Assembly (NCBI GenBank): GCA_951406725.2
Contig: OX597820.1
Span: forward strand, 3,658,001 to 3,722,000
Origin: Octopus vulgaris
Taxonomy: Eukaryota
Direction of reading: 5' to 3'
Length of the DNA: 64,000 bases
This document shows, one piece after another, positions 52,523 to 64,000 of this stretch; positions within the stretch are counted from its first letter, which is position 1, and each line of letters opens with the position of its first letter. The position numbers and the translations under genes were made by a program. The notes under the pieces were generated by a model. The model was not told where the DNA came from. It worked only from the letters and a program-made list of their open reading frames with translations, and searched no databases.

Positions 52523-54080
52523 TTGTGAGTGTGAGTGTGTGTGTATATGTGTGTGTGTGTGTCTGTGATTGTGTGTCTGTGATTGTCCCCCCCACCATTG
52601 CTTGACAACCAATGCTGGTGCATTTACGTCCCTATAACTTAGTGGTTCAGCAAAAGAGACTGATAGAATAAGTACTAGGCTTACAAAGAATAAGTCCTGG
52701 TGTCAATTCACTAGAATAAAGGCGGTGCTCCAGCATGGCCACAGTCAAATGACTGAAACAAGTAAAAGAATAAAAGTATATGTATGAAATTTTGAATTTA
52801 GTTCACGCACCTCCAGCACTACCTTTGCAGACCACCCAGGGGTTTGCAGACCACCCAGGGGTTTGCAGACCCCAGGTTGGGAACCACTGCTTTAGTATAG
52901 TGATTCTGAACTGGAGTCCAAATGATCCATAGGAGTCCATATGAAATTCAGAGGTGGGGCCCACACAAACCAAATAGCAAATTGGTGATCCACAGTAGTA
53001 TATTAAGGGTCCATGAAAAAGGTTTGATTTAGATGTATTTACTTCAAGAAACAACTAGGGTTCTTTCATCATCATCATCCTTTAACTTTCCACACTGGTA
53101 TGGGTTGGACGGTTTGATTGGAACTGGTAAGCTGGGGAGCTGCACCAGGTTCCAATCTGATCTGGCAAGGTTTCTATGGCTGGAGCTTTCCCCTAATGGC
53201 AACCACTCCAAGAGTGTAATGGGTGCTTTTTACATGTCATTGTTATGGGTGCTGATGACCTGACAATGGCATCGGCCACAACTATGGTCTTACTTGGTTT
53301 GACAGGTCAACAGAAGCACGGTGAATCACCAAAGATCTTGGTCACCTAACCTACACAAATTAATGTGTGACAAACAAAAAAGAAATTTTGAAAGAAGTAT
53401 CTATAAAGCTAGTTTTTAAGAATTGGATGGCCATGGGGGATCCACCAGAAAAAAATAGTAATCAAAGAAGTCCACAGATAAAAAATGGTCGAGAACCACT
53501 GCTTTAAAGCATAAATGAAGAGGGCCGCCTGGGTTCAATGGAGTGTTCATTTTGTAAAGCTCTGACAAAACTTGGAATTACTGGGGCTAAAAATTTTCTC
53601 ACTGAAACTGCAGTGAGGGCCATTAACCCTTTAACGTTCAGATTATTCTATCAAACATAATGCCTATTGATTCCCATTGATTTGAATTAATCTCATGTCT
53701 TCAAGATCTTGATGGTGTAATTACTTAATGTAGAATAACATTGTAGGGTAGGTGTGAGAGCCTGGATCTGCTCAGTTTGAACATAAAACAGATTAAATAT
53801 TTTGGCCGGATATGGCCGGTTTAAATACTAAAGGGTTAAGCAGCTTTGGATAAAGAGGGATGACCGGTAGTTAGCTGTAATTGTGATGCAAACCAGGGCT
53901 TAATCAACCGTGGCTGAATCAACCGGGTGAGAAGGTCCGATGTCTAAAGACCTGAAATCCTTTGGGGCCCTAGAAACATCACTGATGATGCACCTCAGAG
54001 CATCTGTTTGATCAATTTTGGTCCAAGTTTTTTTTAATTTACTGGAAGAGGAAACAGAATGGAAAAGAAATTGAAATTAC

Positions 54081-54258
54081 CTGATGTTTTCCATAAACTT
54101 GCTGGCACCATAGATGGCATGACCATCTTCTGAGCACCTGTTGCTTCCATTTCTTCATCAATAAGGCGTCTGAGTTTTTCCAATGCCCTCATTCCCAAGG
54201 GAAGGATATAATAATGGCCAGAATAACACTGCTGGATGATTTCATTGTATAACATCAG
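54081..54258 (-). CDS. PARS2: PARS2 exon: LMLYNEIIQQ...ALEKLRRLIDEEM...SLWKTSG (motif 1)
   Basis: ttttcaag acceptor, G|GTAATT donor. Confidence 0.92.
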
Positions 54259-54306
54259 CTTGAAAAGAAAATTCATGATAATAATAATAATAATAATAAA
54301 ATAATA

Positions 54307-54341
<35 letters not shown>

Positions 54342-54357
54342 AGCAATAATAATAATA

Positions 54358-55000
54358 TGGCAAGACAGTTTGTATGGATGGGCTAACGATACCGTCAGGG
54401 GAGGTTATGAAGCAGATAGAAGATACGGGCTATAAGTACTTGGAGATATTGGAAATGATAAATTGATGGAGGAAGAAATGACAGAAAAAATTAACGTGGA
54501 GTACTTGCGCAGACTGAGACTGATCCTTAAGTCGAAATTAAATGGATGGAATAAGATGGAAGCTATCAACACCTGGGTGATTTCACTCCTTAGATATGGA
54601 GTAAGGATAATCGCATGGACAGTAGACGAACTAAACAGCTTAGACAGAAAGACAAGGAAGTTGCTGACAAGATATGGATCATTCCACCCAAAAAGTGACA
54701 CAGACAGACTGTATGTACCAAGAAAAAGAGGGGGAAGAGGACTTATTGGATGCGAACACAGCATTAGAGCAGAAGAAAATAACATAGCATGGTAGTAAAA
54801 AATTCCACAGAACCGCCATTACTAAAAGTAGGAAAGTCAGGCTTGTGTAGGATGAAAGATTACAAAGATAAAGCACTGTACAAGAAATTGAAAACGAATG
54901 AAACTGAAAATAGGTGGATAAAGAAAAGAATGCATGGTCAGTTTCATAGGGATGTTGAAGATCAGACAGACAGAGAAAAAATATGGCTGTGGAAGACTAA
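54358..55000 (+). mobile_element. R4/Dong-clade LINE RT fragment next to a (TAA)n/(TGA)n tract
   Basis: YKYLG, EYLRRLRLILKSKLNG.NK..AINTW, LDRKTRKLLT, RLYVPRKRGGRGL. Confidence 0.8.
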
Positions 55001-55477
55001 CATATGCAGTTTTCTCCCTGTGCCTTATTACAGCTTGTATTGATGCAGCCTTGCCTTGGTGGGTTGGTTTGTGTACCTTAATGACCCTGAGAGCTATACC
55101 AGAAGAGTGCAAGCTCAGGTAAGGCCTCCCATATTGGACAGATCAAAGGGTAGAGGCCAGACTAATAAGGACCAACTCTTCTCAGAAGTAAAAATGGGAT
55201 TGAATAGGGCCAATACACCTACCTAGAAAAAGCAAAGTTACTGAAGCATCAATGACAAAACCAACAAGACCTGTGAGAGGGGTGGGGGCCTCCTTCAGGT
55301 AAACAGGTGAAGCAGAATCTGAAAGGAAAAATTAAGGGTCCAACTGGAGAGAAGCAGAAAAGACAGCCCAGAATCAAGAACAATAAAGAAAAGTTGTAGA
55401 TGGCCTACACTCCATAAGGAGCAAAGGGCTTCAGTACTGATGGGGAAGCACCTGCGCTGGCAATACATAAAAATCAC

Positions 55478-55945
55478 TTGTGCTGGTACCATATAAGGAG
55501 CACACGGGCCTGCACCATGTTAAAAGCACCAGGGCTGGTACCATATAAGGAGCACACGGGCCTGCACCATGTTAAAAGCACCAGGGCTGGTGCCATATAA
55601 GGAGCACCCGGGCTGGTGCCATATAAGGAGCACCCGGGCCTGCACCATGTTAAAAGCACCAGGGCTGGTGCCATATAAGGAGCACCTGGGCCTGCACCAT
55701 GTTAAAAGCACCAGGGCTGGTGCCATATAAGGAGCACCTGGGCCTGCACCATGTTAAAAGCACCAGGGCTGGTGCCATATAAGGAGCACCTGGGCCTGCA
55801 CCATGTTAAAAGCACCCGGGCTGGTGCCATATAAGGAGCACCCGGGCCTGCACCATGTTAAAAGCACCAGGGCTGGTGCCATATAAGGAGCACCCGGGCC
55901 TGCACCATGTTAAAAGCACCAGGGCTGGTGCCATGTAAAAAGCTA
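55478..55945 (+). repeat. 52-bp minisatellite made of two 26-bp subunits, about 9 units, in an RTE 3' UTR
   Basis: agggctggtgccatataaggagcacccgggcctgcaccatgttaaaagcacc repeated, then the ordinary RTE tail to 56143. Confidence 0.93.
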
Positions 55946-56828
55946 CCATGCTGTTAGCTCATAAAAAGCATCCAGTACACTGTGTAAAGTGGTTGGCATT
56001 AGAGAGGGCATCCAGCTGTAGAAACCAAGCCAAAAACAGGCTATGGAACCTGGTGCAGACATCCCAGTTTACCAGCTCCTGTCAAACTATCCAACACATG
56101 CCAGCAAGGAAAACGGATGTCCAATGATGATGATGATGATGATGTAGCCCAAGGTTTCATTATGTCTGCACAATCTTTTTGCAGTAAATTAATGTTTCTC
56201 TCTGTTCTGCTGGCCGTTGCCTTTGCAGTTTCTCTCAACTTCATTTCTTTCTTTCTCTTTCTTCTTCTCTCTTCTTCTTCTTCTTTCTCTCACTCAGTAA
56301 TTAATCGAAGGTTCTTTGTTGTAGTTTGTCTTCTTCCCCCACCACCACCACCACTTTCTGTGTCTTTCTCTTTCAAGTCCTCCCCCTTCTCCTCTCAATC
56401 ACAACTCCCTCACTGTCAGTTGGAAATGTTTCAACAGAAAACGCATTAGTTTTCTATTTACTTTGATAAGAGAACATCGTCGTGAATTGATTCCAGCCAA
56501 GTAATTACTTACACACACACACACACACACACACACGTGTGTGTGTGTGTATGAGTGTGCATGCATGTGCATGAGTGTGTGCAGTGTATATTGAATTTGT
56601 ATATTTTGTGATACAAAAACAAAAAGGCTCAAAACCCTTCTGCTTGAAGTTCATGGAACCTAACACACACACACACACACACACACATAGAGCCATCTAT
56701 GTATCATAGTTAATGTAAATACATCATCAGTGAAAGGCAAATCGACTGCTGTATTCATCAAGAGATAACATCTCTTAGAACAAGCAGTATTTTTAAATAC
56801 AGTACATTCACATCTCATCAACTATGAT

Positions 56829-57590
56829 ACACAGATGGCTATTTTAACCACAGATAGCTATTTTAACCACAGATAGCTATTTTAACCACAGATAGCTATT
56901 TTAACCACAGATAGCTATTTTAACCACAGATAGCTATTTTAACCACAGATAGCTATTTTAACCACAGATGGCTATTTTAACCACAGATGGCTATTTTAAC
57001 CACAGATAGCTATTTTAACCACAGATAGCTATTTTAACCACAGATAGCTATTTTAACCACAGATAGCTATTTTAACCACAGATGGCTATTTTAACCACAG
57101 ATGGCTATTTTAACCACAGATGGCTATTTTAACCACAGATGGCTATTTTAACCACAGATGGCTATTTTAACCACAGATAGCTATTTTAACCACAGATAGC
57201 TATTTTAACCACAGATAGCTATTTTAACCACAGATAGCTATTTTAACCACAGATGGCTATTTTAACCACAGATGGCTATTTTAACCACAGATGGCTATTT
57301 TAACCACAGATGGCTATTTTAACCACAGATGGCTATTTTAACCACAGATGGCTATTTTAACCACAGATGGCTATTTTAACCACAGATGGCTATTTTAACC
57401 ACAGATGGCTATTTTAACCACAGATGGCTATTTTAACCACAGATGGCTATTTTAACCACAGATAGCTATTTTAACCACAGATGGCTATTTTAACCACAGA
57501 TGGCTATTTTAACCACAGATGGCTATTTTAACCACAGATGGCTATTTTAACCACAAATGGCTATCTTAACCACAGATGACTATTTTAACT
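56829..57590 (+). repeat. 19-bp minisatellite, about 40 copies, two variants
   Basis: ccacagat(a/g)gctattttaa repeated head to tail. Confidence 0.97.
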
Positions 57591-58615
57591 TAATTTTACT
57601 TCTATTGCATTTAATGGACTCTGTGTTAGTTATTTAATTTTTTGGCTCAAAAAGTAAAAAGCAAGGCTATATAGGGGGACATGGAGTTATGTACAGGGTG
57701 GTGTTCATGTAAAGAGTTCAGGCCACTTGAGGTCAAGGGAGACTTTGAACCGAGCGGTCGTCGGCATCTTCACCATCTCGTCTGGCAGCTTATTCCACGG
57801 ATCCGCAACCTGTGTGTGTGTGGTGTGTGTAATTCTTTTTAACTTGGGCAAAAAGCCAGCAATTCTGAGGGGAGGGGTAAGGTAATTCTACCAATCCCAG
57901 TATTCAACTGGTACTTTTTTTCATCCACCCTGAAAGGATGAAAGACAAAGCTGACCTTGACAGCGTTTGAACTTATAATGTCAAGAACCAGAAGAAACAC
58001 ACACATGGAGACGTAATTACAGTTGATGTAGAAAGATTAACTTGGCAAGCAGTTGTAGGAGGAGGAGGAGGAGGAGGAGGAGAAGCAGTTTTCCAAACCC
58101 ATATCATCATCATCATCGTCATTTAATGTCCACTGTCCATGGGCTGGACAGTTTGACGAGGGATGGCCAGCTGGAAGGCTGCACCAGACTCCAATCTGAT
58201 TTGGCATGGTTTTCAATGGCTGGATGCCCTTACCTGATGTCAACCACTCTGAGGGTGTAATGGGTGCTTTTATGTGCCACTGGCACAGGTGCCAATTTGC
58301 ATGACACCAGTATCTGCCACGACTGCAGTTTTGCTCGGCTTGATGGGTCTTCTTCTCAAGCACAGACATAATGCCAAAAGTCTTGGTCATTCCTCATTGC
58401 CTCTATGAGGCCCAACACTCAAAAGGTGCTTTTCGTGTCCCACCGGCATCGGACACTTTGCCTCCATGAGGTCCAATGCTCAAAAGGTGCCTTTTATGTG
58501 CCACCAGCATTGGTGCCAGTTATGTGACACCAGCATCAGCCACAACTATGATTTCACTTAGCTTGACGAGTCTTCTCAAGCACAGCATATCACCATATAT
58601 ATATATATATATATA

Positions 58616-59275
58616 TCATCATCATCATTGTTTAAGGTCCATTTTCCATGTTAGCATGGGTTGGATGGTTCCACCAGGGTCTGGGAAGCCAGGAGGCTGC
58701 ACCAGGCTCCAGTCTGATCTGGCAATGTTTCTACAGCTGGATGCCCTTCTTGACGCCAACCACTCCGTGAGTGCAGTGGGTGCTTATGTGCCACCGGCAC
58801 AGGGGCCAGAGCAGGCTGGCAATGACCACGATCGGTTGGTGCTTTTTACGTGCCACTGGCACAGACACCAGTCAAGATGGCACTGGCATTGGCCACGTTC
58901 AGATGGTGCTTTTTACATACCACCAGCACGAGTATCACAACTACAATTTCCATTTGATTTATTATTTTGATGTTGATATACTTGACTCAATAGGTCTCCT
59001 CAAGAACAGCAGGTCACTCTACGATCCAAGGTAAGCACAGCAGGCCATCCTGTGAGCCATGAACTCACTTCATTTGTTGGGTCTTCACAGTCACAACATA
59101 TCTCCAGAGGTCTCGATCTTTCATCATTGCCTCTATGAGACCCAACGTTCGAAGGTCATGCTTGACCACCTCATCCCATGTCTTCCTGGGTCTACCTCTA
59201 CCCCGGATTCCTTCAACTGTTTGGGAGTGGCACTTCTTCACACATCTCTCCTCATCCAACCATAGTACATGACCA
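58616..59275 (-). mobile_element. 5'-truncated RTE LINE
   Basis: ORF 59065-59304 reads ...VEGIRGRGRPRKTWDEVVKHDL...DRDLWR, followed by the same 3' UTR family. Confidence 0.8.
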
Positions 59276-59549
59276 TATATATATATATCATCATCATTTA
59301 GCATCCGCTTTCCATGCTAGCATGGGTTGGACGGTTCAACTGGGGTCTGGGAAGCCAGAAGGCTGCACCCCAGGCTCCAGTCTGATCTGGCAGTGTTTCT
59401 ATGGCTGGATGCCCTTCCTAACACCAACCACTCCATGAGTGTAGTGGGTGCTTTTTACGTGCCACTGGCACAGGGGCCAGACGGGGCTGGCAAACGGCCA
59501 CGGACAGATGGTGCTTTTTACGTGCCACCGACACGGAGGCCAGTCGGGG

Positions 59550-59608
<59 letters not shown>

Positions 59609-62274
59609 AGTTGGTTCATTGGTTGACTTCCCACTTTGCATTGTAAAGAGAAAGAGAGAGGGGGGAGACAAGTGGACATACTAGACTTGGTTGCAGTCAA
59701 TGAAAAAAGGAATGCCCACACACACACAATGAAAAAGAAAGAATCGCTGAGACAGACGGGGAGGAGAAGTAAATTACAGAATAGTTGGCTGTAACTGAAA
59801 AAGGCTCTGCAATCATCGATATTTATTGTAATGAATATTCCTGCTTTTCAAACGAGTTGTTCATTAGCTGAGTAAATTCTTTTGCCTTAATCACTGGGGT
59901 ATTCGTTAAGTTAAGAATTTATGGCAATTGCTTCAATAATATTAATTAATACACTTTTGCTACTGTGTGCATTATCAGGAAATATAGCGTACATACAATC
60001 ATCATCATCATCATCATCATCGATTAACGTCCATTTTCCGCGCTAGCACGGGTTGGACGGTTTCGACCGGAGTCTGGGGAGCTAGGGACTGCCCCAGGCT
60101 CCAGTCTGATCTGGCAGTGTTTCTACAGCTGGATGCCCTTCCTAACGCCAACCACTCCGCGAGTGTAGTGGGTGCTTTTTACGTGCCACCTGCACAGGTG
60201 CCAGAGGGGTCTGGCATCGGCCACGTTCGGATGGTGCTTTTTATGTGGGGGGGGTGCCGAAATTTATGATTTATCTTTTATGAAATTGCCCATGTTGGTA
60301 GAAGTTTACTTTCAAAGTAACACTCTAGTACGTATGTGTGTGTGTGTGGCACTCCGTCGGTTATGATGATGAGGGTTCCAGTTGATCCGATCAACGGAAC
60401 AGCCTGCTCATGAAATTAACATGCAAGTGGCTGAGCACTCCACAGACACACCTATTTCTTTACTACTCACAAGGGGCCAAACAAGGACAGACAAACAGAT
60501 TAAGTCAATTATATCGACCCCAGTAACTGGTACTTAATTTATCAACCCCGAAAGGAAGAAAGGCAGAGTCGAGCTCGGCTGAATTTGAACTCAGAACGTA
60601 ACGGCAGACGAAATATGGCTACGCATTTTGCCCGGCGTTCTAACGTTTCTGCCAGCTTGCCACTCCACAGACACACTTACCATTAATGTAGTTCTCAAGT
60701 AGATTCAGTGTGACACAGAATGCGACGAGGCTGGCCCCTTTCAATTACTGGTACAACTCATTTTTGCCGGCTTGAAGCAAGGTGAAATAAAGTGTCTTGC
60801 ATCGCCGGGAATTGAACCCACAACCTTATGATCATGAGCCAAATACCCTAACCACCGAACCATGTGCCTTCACACACACACACACACACACACACGTGCA
60901 ATCGTACTTTCACCTCCTTCAATATTACACCCCACTTACTCGAGGGGATCTTGTTTTGCACATACAGGGGGACATCACTAGTGCAGGAGCCATGAAAAAA
61001 AGCACCCAGTACACTCTGTAAAGTGGTTGGCATCAGGAAGGGCATCCAGCTGCGGAAACTATGCCGAAGCAGACATCGGAGCTTGGCACTGTCCTCTGGT
61101 TATCACTTTCGGTTGGATTGTCCAGTCCATGCCAAAATGGGAAAAGGGACACTGATGATGATGGCGATGATGATGATGATGATGATGACGACGACGATGA
61201 CGGTGGTGGTGGTGATATGTGTTTATATTTCTGCTGTATATAAGGTAAACAAGATAAGAAAGTTACATAACCAAAACTAAGATTTTGATCAGTTGCCCTT
61301 TTTTTTGGTTGATAGTAATCACTCCGCTGACGTACACAGCCAGCCGAGGGAACAGAACTTGGATGTGGCTAAGTAATCGTCCTGACATATAACACACACA
61401 CACAGAAAGGTATCTAATATTTTGGCTATAAAAGAGGAGGAAAGTTTGTGTTTTCAGGAAATAGTCCACTTAATGAAAATAAGTCATTTAAACCCCAAAA
61501 TTGTATTTAACAAATCTGAACAACATAATAAATATATGTACAATTATTTTTATCACAGAATTACAATTGACACATCATTTTTTATCTTCCTTTGTAAAGA
61601 ATAAGTTTCTGATCTTTAATAAAAGCATGTAACTCTATCAAGATTAAAAGCAGCCACTAATCCCACAGCTATCTCGAAAACTGCTAACCCCTTAATGGTT
61701 TTTAACAGAATAATTTTGGCCACTCACTTTTAATTAACCCTTTTGATGGTTGGGTTTTCGTTCCATCCAATGTGACTCTGCTCAGAAGTCTGTAAATGTT
61801 GTTATGGTAGGAACCCAGTAATGGAACAAAGGTGACCTACATGCATCTGCGTGGGTTGCATGTTAGCTGTTAACCCTGATGAGGAAAGCTCATGAACAGC
61901 GATATGTTAGAACCAGTGCAATGTGTTGGTGCTGTGTAGATGTTGTTGATGACGTGGGTGAGAGACATCATGGTAACAACGAAGATGGAGGTCGCTGTAA
62001 TGTGGTCAGTGGTTAGAACTTAGAAGGTCTGGAACCAACAGACTTTTAGACTAGACGGAGGTGAGTTTTTATAGCTGATGGTAGGCTCAAATGCAATTTA
62101 GAAAAGAATGGCTCACGTGATTTATTTGGAGACTGTGGTTTGTTGGGTTGCATATTGGCATGTGATAAAGAGACAAATTGTGACAACATCAACCAATCAG
62201 AGTTGTAGATACAACAGGGTCCAAAACAGCACCCAAAGGTTAGCTATTATCTGCTACATTCATATGTACTTATA

Positions 62275-62832
62275 TACGAGAGTGGGTCAAAATAATGCCA
62301 TTTTGTTTAGGACAGGTATAATTACCAACACAGGAACATGTATCATACATCAAAATGAAGCTGGTCCTCTGTGGATCACATCCCTACTTCTCAACATAGT
62401 CACCGTTTCTCTCAATAGCAATGTTCCACTTTCGAATGAGAACTTGTATCCCTGACCCGTAAAATTCTGTTGACTGTTCTTTGAGCCATTTCTTCACTAC
62501 CTCCACATTCACCAGATTTAGCGCCTTCAGACTATCATCTCTTCAGCACCATGAAAGAGGGTTTGAGAGGCAAACATTATTCCAGTGACAAGGAAGTGAA
62601 AACTGTAGTGAAGAAGTGGCTCAAAGAACAGTCAACAGAATTTTACGGGTCAGGGATACATGCTCTCATTCGAAGGTGGAACATTGCTATTGAGAGAAAC
62701 AGTGACTATGTTGAGAAGTAGGGATGTGATCTACAGAGGACCAGCTTCATTTTGATGTATGATACATGTTCCTGTGTTGGTAATTATACCTGTCCTAAAC
62801 AAAATGGCATTGCTTTTTGACTGATCCTCGTA
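62275..62832 (+). mobile_element. Mariner derivative built from two inverted 3' ends
   Basis: tacgag...ctcgta ends with arms of about 225 bp; interior reads PPHSPDLAPSDYHLF...RWNIAIERNSDYVEK*. Confidence 0.9.
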
Positions 62833-64000
62833 TAATAGAGAGGAAGTTCACTACAGTTCGCTACAACCCCATTGTCAGTTCTAATTGCATTAGAAATTAG
62901 TTCAATACCCTTTTCAACTCCCTTACCAGCATCACCATTAACCTGGGGTCTTTCCAATGTGCTCCTATTCTTTCCTACATCAGTCAAGTTTCTTATTGGT
63001 TTCATTTGGTCAGCAGGGACCAAAACAATTTCCTTACACTATTTAGTAATTAGGGCAATGTTTATTCATGTCATTACCATAATAAAGATAATATTCTTGA
63101 AATCACAAGTGCTTTCGTTATAGAGCGGTACTTTATTCTCAGCTGCGTTATTGGCTTCAAATTTTGGCAGAAGGCCAACAATTTCGGTTATGTGAGTAAG
63201 CCAATTACATGGATTCCAAAAGGGCACACGGCAAAGACAACCTTGACTTGCCACCTTCTCAACTGTGTAGTTAACCATCATTACACACAGACCAAGCTTT
63301 TAAACTGAATGAGGTAACACACAATAAATTAGGGTTTATACTAAAAAGAGGAAATCACAACTACCTCAAAGTTAGGGAAAAAGCCTTTTTATCTATATTT
63401 TATAGGTATCACCAATTTGTCTGTTTCTATTTTGATAATAAGGTAAAGTTAACAAACTCTGCAAGCACCATTCAAGCGTGGTCGATGCCAGTACTGCCTG
63501 ACTGGCCCTTGTGCCAGTGGCATGTAAAAAGCACCCACTACACTCTCGGAGTGGTTGGCGTTAGGAAGGGCATCCAGCTGTAGAAACTCTGCCAGTTCAG
63601 ATTGGAGCCTGGTGCAGCTTACTGGCTTGCCAACCCTTAGTCAAACTGTCCAACCCATGCCAGCATGGAAAGCAGACGTTAAACAATGATGGTGATGATG
63701 ATGATAACATTACTATCCGTCCATTTCTACCCACTGTTCCTAGAAGGATCATGAAGGTAGAGTCCTTAGACACCTCCTCCACAGAATCCTATCAGAAGCA
63801 ACCACTATTACACTTTCCGTTTGGATTCCTAAGCATGACCAACTGAGTCTACGGACATTATCCATCCTGTTGTTGCTCTGCCTCTTGGTCTCCTGCTGGT
63901 TGGCTCAGCCAGAAGAATCCATTTTGTGATTCCTTTCTGTGACATTCTAATCACACGTCTGATCAAATGACTGTCATAAAATTCACAAGCATCGTCTGGC

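Larger units (their letters stand above)
29711..54258 (-). other. PARS2: PARS2 gene span (mitochondrial prolyl-tRNA synthetase); 12 coding exons, 401 codons plus stop; 5' exon(s) not found
   Basis: Exons join in frame. Class II aaRS motifs (PTHEE, KFRDE..P...LLR.REF.MKD, IEVGHSF, M.CFGLGVTR), a CxxC...CxxC insert and an anticodon-binding domain are all present. Confidence 0.95.

Noticed and set aside
55478-57590. Tandem arrays as possible CRISPR arrays
   Set aside because: No unique spacers, no cas genes, eukaryotic intronic context.
56829-57590. MEF2 sites (ctattttaa) in the 19-bp array
   Set aside because: One base short of the YTA(W)4TAR consensus.
61280-61385. Possible minus-strand exon after a tcag acceptor
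   Set aside because: No convincing donor and no PARS2-like translation in any frame.
62784-63023. 79-aa minus-strand ORF as the missing PARS2 first exon or an interrupted gene
   Set aside because: No similarity to the PARS2 N-terminus; removing the mariner under either TSD interpretation gives an immediate stop.

Overview
AT-rich, repeat-dense animal genomic DNA. The SINE/RTE repeat families and (TA)n/(GAT)n microsatellites suggest a coleoid cephalopod, probably Octopus (inference). Three spliced protein-coding genes can be assembled by hand from GT-AG exons; most ORFs in the six-frame track are spurious. (1) WBP4/FBP21 on +, 8 coding exons at 1883-14959, with the start codon split by an upstream intron. 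(2) An unrecognised 4-exon gene on - (25503-17635) encoding an 83-aa protein with a signal peptide, a C-x15-C core and a GPI-type hydrophobic tail. (3) Mitochondrial prolyl-tRNA synthetase PARS2 on -, 12 coding exons at 54258-29711, 5' end not found. Introns and intergenic DNA hold tRNA-derived SINEs, 5'-truncated RTE/CR1/R4 LINE pieces, Tc1/mariner and piggyBac-type derivatives, a Helitron end, long palindromes, minisatellites and several hammerhead-ribozyme-like motifs. All homology calls come from recalled family motifs, not database searches.
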